This document shows, piece by piece, positions 58,822 through 64,000 of a stretch of DNA of 64,000 bases. The notes beneath the pieces are model-generated. The model searched no databases. It saw only the letters and a program-made list of their open reading frames with translations, and was not told where the DNA came from. This stretch comes from Hormiphora californensis. Taxonomy: Eukaryota > Animalia > Ctenophora. Position 1 is the stretch's first letter, and each line of letters starts with the position of its first letter. The DNA is taken from positions 682,001-746,000 of the forward strand of contig CM035360.1 in the NCBI GenBank assembly GCA_020137815.1, written 5' to 3'. The translations under genes were made by a program, and so were the position numbers.

Positions 58822-60129
58822 GGAAAGAGAGAGATGATAAGTATTATTATCCTGCTGCTGTCTCGGCCGGGACAAGGTATCTGACGGATTTGTCAATATG
58901 GCCCGCGGCAACCGAATGAAAGTACGAGATAGAGAGGGAGGAAAAATTATAGAGAATCTAGAAGAAGAGATCTGTTTGAGTGCTATATTGATTTTAGTAC
59001 AAATTATTATAGTCAATCTCTCTCTCAATAAAGTAGTGGGCTGCATTTTTAAAAGTGTCGACAAAATATGTAGGGGAGAGATTGTGACTTAAACTATGGA
59101 GAGAGGATGGGAGAGATTGTTACTTTAACTAGGGAGAGAGAGGATGTCATGATCCATTAAGGTGCTTTTAGGGACAGCACTTAAAAAACCCTCTATCTCT
59201 TTCACACAACCTCTCTTCAATCTTCAAGAATCCGATTTAGGGTGCACTTCAATAATTATTGGGCTGGGATACCAGGTGGGGCTATTAATGCACAGACCAC
59301 TAATAATCATTTTATTTAATGAAATAGTGCACAGGACTGGCCCCCTAAATACAACGTGCAGTGATAATGACTGATTTTCAGTGACACTGTCCAAATTAAT
59401 TTTGGAGCTCTTCTTAATTCTCCTCGTCAAACTCCCCCTCTCTCTATCTTTCTCTCTTTATCCTTAATGCAAAACATTAACTTTGCATCATAATTGGGGA
59501 GTAGCCGGTTTTTGGTTCGGTCTCTCTCTCTACCAGAGAGTGAGAGAAAGATAGAAAGATAGAGAGTGAGAACGCTATCCCTAATTAGTGAGCACATCGT
59601 TAGTAGAGAAGAAAAAGAGACAGAGAGACAGATAGGGAGGGATAGAGAGACAGATAGGCAGGGATGGAAAGAGAGGTTGAGTGATGCAGTGAGTGAGGGG
59701 AGGGCGAGAAATTTAGTTGCTGAGAAAAATATTTAAAATTCTCAGTTTAGTATGATCCGTGAAGTGAGTCATGAACTAGCGAGTTGTGTGAGAAACTGAG
59801 AAGATCTTGGTGAGGGGGGATCAAGCAAGGAGTCAGGAGATCTAGATCTTTGAGGGGGGATCAAGCAAGGAGGCCTGCAGATCTAGATATTTTTAGGGGG
59901 GGGGGTAGGAGATTGAGATCTAGCAGGGATATCTTATTAGGAAATATGTAGATGGTGGTAGAAGATTAACATGAGATATAAATCTAGAGTTTTGGGGAAG
60001 GGGAGATTTATAAGGAGTATATTTTTCGTAAGACACAACTGAGGAAGAGACCAGACACAATTCATACAGATCAGAGGTGCCCAAAGCGATAGGTGGGGAG
60101 AAAATGATAGAGTGATATATAGATAGATA

Positions 60130-60211
<82 letters not shown>

Positions 60212-60849
60212 AAGAAGGAGGAGGGCAAATGATAGATGTCCCGGTGTTTCTCTTTTAGTCTAGCTGGCTACAAAGCACCAATTCATCACAGTTAAGAAAT
60301 TGTGACAAATGGACAAGAAGGTATCTTTACAAACCCCCTCACTCTCTCTCTCATACTATCTCTCTATCTCTCTCTCATACTATCTCTCTACCTCTCTTTC
60401 ATACTATCTCACTCCCTCTCTCTCTCAACTGCCCCACTAGTAGATAGGTACTTCCCTATCTATGATGTCGTCACATATCATATCATGCCATCAGTGCAGT
60501 AATCAGTTGGAACAAAAAAGCGGGCTCAAAAAGATACAAATATCACCGTTGCACATGAAAACAGTTGACAGCAGATCATGACATCACGTACATTACCAAC
60601 ATTACCAAACATCACGCAACATAGTAATGCTGCTGCCCCCCATCAGGAAACCCAACCTGGTGGAACACAAGAAGTACCACTATACTGATTGGCCCAATCT
60701 GGATTGGATACAAGGTAACGACTCCTAGATTTCAGATCTTTCGAGGATACAAAATCCGGCCTACAAACACGGTGATTACAGATCTACACTTCAAACACTC
60801 AATCAGAAACCTCCCTCTCTCTCTCTCTCTCTCTCTTTTCTCTCCTCTA

Positions 60850-60919
<70 letters not shown>

Positions 60920-62957
60920 CTCTCTCTCACCCCATCATGACTATCTGCACTCCACTGATTGTCTGGTAACACTATCCCTGCCTCATCTTCTCCTATTTTC
61001 TGAGATTCCCCTTCTCTCCCGGACCCCCCTCTCCCGGTCCTATGACACTGAGAGGTCGTCCAATGATACTCAGTACCTGCTAGTGGGTGCTGGTAGTAGT
61101 AAACAGGTCACGTGACTCACAGAACCTCGCGGCCTTTCCTCCTCTCAGACTAACGACCTGCTGCTGGTGAGGGGAGGAGGAGGAGGAGGAGGAATGAATG
61201 GGAGGTGTGGTGAGGGAGGGAGGGAGAGAGAGAGGGAGAGAGAGAGAGAGGAAAGGGAGGAGAGAGGAGAGAGGGGAAAACCCACCCCCCGAAGGAAAGA
61301 CACCCCGAGACCAAAATTTCCAAAAGGGCCCCCGGCCCCCCAGGAAGATAAAAGGGGAGGGGGGAGGAGAGAAAAGAGAGAGAGAGAGAAAAGATGAAAA
61401 AAAAAGGGGAAGAGAGAAAAAGAGATGAGAGAAAGAAAGAGAAAAAGGAAAAGGGGGAACCCCAAAGGGGGGGAGGAGGAAAAAGGGGGAGAGACGGAGG
61501 GAGAGAAAGGAGGGGAGAAAGGGGAGAGAGAGAGGGGGACAGAGGAAAGAGGAGAAGAGGAAAGAGAAAAGGGCCCAAAGAACAAGAAAAAATAGAGACA
61601 GAGAGAGACAGAGACAGAGAGAGACAGAGACAGGACTTCAGACAGTATTATTTATTATACTGGAAATTTAAGATGAGTCAAAATTAGGAATAATTTTGTA
61701 TAACACCACATGTAGCTTTGAACAGCACTACTCCCATGTCGTGCTGCTGCTGCTCCTCAATTAATATTAGAAGATTCAAGAACCCAAATTTGGAAAATTA
61801 TTCCAATCATGTCCCCCTTCAGGGTCAACCTTTTTCCCAAAGCGAATAAAAAAACCCGGGGTTTAAAAAAAGGGTTAAATTTATTGAAAACAAACATTTT
61901 TAAAAACCCGGCTGGTCACAGTGACTCTTGTTTTGTTCAAACCCATTTTAGAGAGGGTTCGAAAAAAGGGGCGGACGAAAAAGGTGAAGAGAATTCAAAG
62001 GGAAACCCCTTTTATTGGGGGGGGGCCCGGGGGGTGGGGGGGGGGGCCCCCCCGTGGGGGCAGGTAAAAAGCGAATTTTGGGACAAAGTGAAGTGAGGGT
62101 TTTAAACTTGCGTTGAAAATTTTATCAAACGCGTGCCCCCACATTGTCTACCCTTCATTATACCGTCTGTCTAACTAAATCTCTCTCCCCAGAGTTCCAT
62201 CCCTGTTCATACACGTTCCGCCTAACAGCTCCTCTGATCAACTCAAGTTGTAATTTCAACTGATTGCCGAGGGGGGGGGGGGGTCGTTATAATATCAGAC
62301 ACGTTTAATCTTGCCTGGTTCCCACGATTCCTTCCTCTCCCGATTCCCTTCTTTTCCGACGAATATTATTTTCACATCCCCTCCCAACGACTCTCTCATC
62401 TCCCCATCTCGGGATAACAACTCCCTCCCCAGCTCCCCTCCCCTCCCCGGCCCCCTCTTTGCTCGGTAGAAGAAAAGTGAAGCGTGGCACGTTCTTACAG
62501 CGAGGTGCGAGATTGGGGAGGGAGAGATAGCTACAATATTATATATCCACACGTTACGACCATTACTTAAACAAACATCCGGGTAGGAGCGGGGGGTCAC
62601 GTGATATTAGAACCAATAGGACCAACCTCCCCGCCATTGGGTGATTTGTTTGGAGTTGTAAATCTATCATTCTATATCATTCGCACATTCTATACCATTC
62701 TCATCTCTCTTCTCTTCTATCAGTATCTCTCTCTCCCTCTCCTCTCTCTCCCAAGTGGGTGTGTGTTATAACACCAAAAGCTGTTAGCTACTCCAGTAAG
62801 AGCAAAGCCCAGTGCAGGACAACTCTCTTCATTTCTGTAGAAAAGAGGGAGAGAAGTTGAAGCGAATCCTAAACTTTTTTCCTACAAGACAGGACGAGAA
62901 TTAACTTACCAACTGTCTGTGTGCCTGTCTGTGTGTCTGTCTGCCTGTGTGTCTGTG

Positions 62958-63024
<67 letters not shown>

Positions 63025-63726
63025 TTTCGTGCTTTCTACCATCTTGCCATTTCCTTCCAGTCCAGACAGATGTGTCGTTAGAAGACTCGTTAGACTAGGT
63101 ATGTCGCTAGAAGACTCGTTAGGACACTATAGCCGCTAGGTAATATGAGTCATTAGACTAGGTATGTTTAGTGGTCAGAATATTGTTTATGTTTTAGTTA
63201 AGTGGGCTAATTAAGAGCGCCATTAGCACCATCTTTCTTTCTAGGATGAGCCCGTTATCGGAATATTTAGAACGCGAGGTGCTGGCCGGGCTAATCGCCG
63301 AATAGAGACGAAATCTTTGACATAAGTTGTTGTAGTTTCAGCATTAACGATCCATTATACGTCAACTGGTCATCATGGTTGTCATGTCATATCGAGAGCT
63401 GAACAGTGGCTCTGATGTTGTCATGTCATATCGAGAGACTAGGAACAGTGGCTCTGATGGTGTCATCATATCGAGAGACTAGTACCAGCCGCTCCAACCA
63501 ACCATATCGAGACTAGGAACAGATGTCATGTTGCTTGATATCTCTCAAAGAATGACCCACCCTAGCCATCTCTGATGTTTTAAAAGAATGACCCACCCTC
63601 CCTCGCGTGAGAGGGTATATAGTGAATTGGTTGGACATGGAATTAATCTGTCACGATTAGACTGGTTCACTTGCAACAAAGCGACCCTTCGGCGACGAGA
63701 GAGGGAGAGAGATAGGGAGAGAGAGC

Positions 63727-63790
<64 letters not shown>

Positions 63791-64000
63791 ACGAAACAAC
63801 TTAACTTACAGTACTGTAAGGAAATAGTGTGAAAGAGCAATACACCCCAAGATGGAATCGACCCCCATGCCACTTAGTGAATCAGTTTCCTTGTTTGATC
63901 CCCTCCCCTCGAGGGAGTAAGTCACACCTACTGGACAAACAACCGATTATATCCCAACTCCTATTACCCACTAAACTATCGTAACTTCTTGAATGTGCGT

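Noticed and set aside
60647-63330. Possible isolated plus-strand exons (~60647-60713, ~63245 onward)
   Set aside because: No recognisable domain or consistent phase chain; cannot be supported without transcripts.

Overview
Eukaryotic, intron-rich animal DNA. It is most likely a ctenophore (Pleurobrachia-like), inferred from recall of a short hAT-type MITE and two lineage-typical secreted-protein domains. About 43 kb on the minus strand is one multi-exon RIM/Unc-10-like active-zone gene (Rab-effector Zn finger, PDZ, two C2 domains, plus a C-terminal extension running off the left edge). Its introns hold two antisense nested secreted-protein genes, an intact Neptune-type Penelope-like element (pLTRs with minimal hammerhead ribozymes, 11-bp TSD) and a 5'-truncated L2/CR1-group LINE whose APE-RT frame has no AUG before the first APE motif but is preceded by an A_AAA_AAC slippery site. 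A Bicaudal-C gene (KH + SAM) lies head-to-head on the plus strand (43.8-50.7 kb). The rest is MITEs, foldback elements and micro/minisatellites. A recurrent oddity is that many intronic minisatellites are tandem copies of the neighbouring splice site plus exon edge. One duplicated exon differs from its twin only by synonymous changes. Several stretches look like low-quality assembly. All exon models were read by eye and need transcript confirmation.
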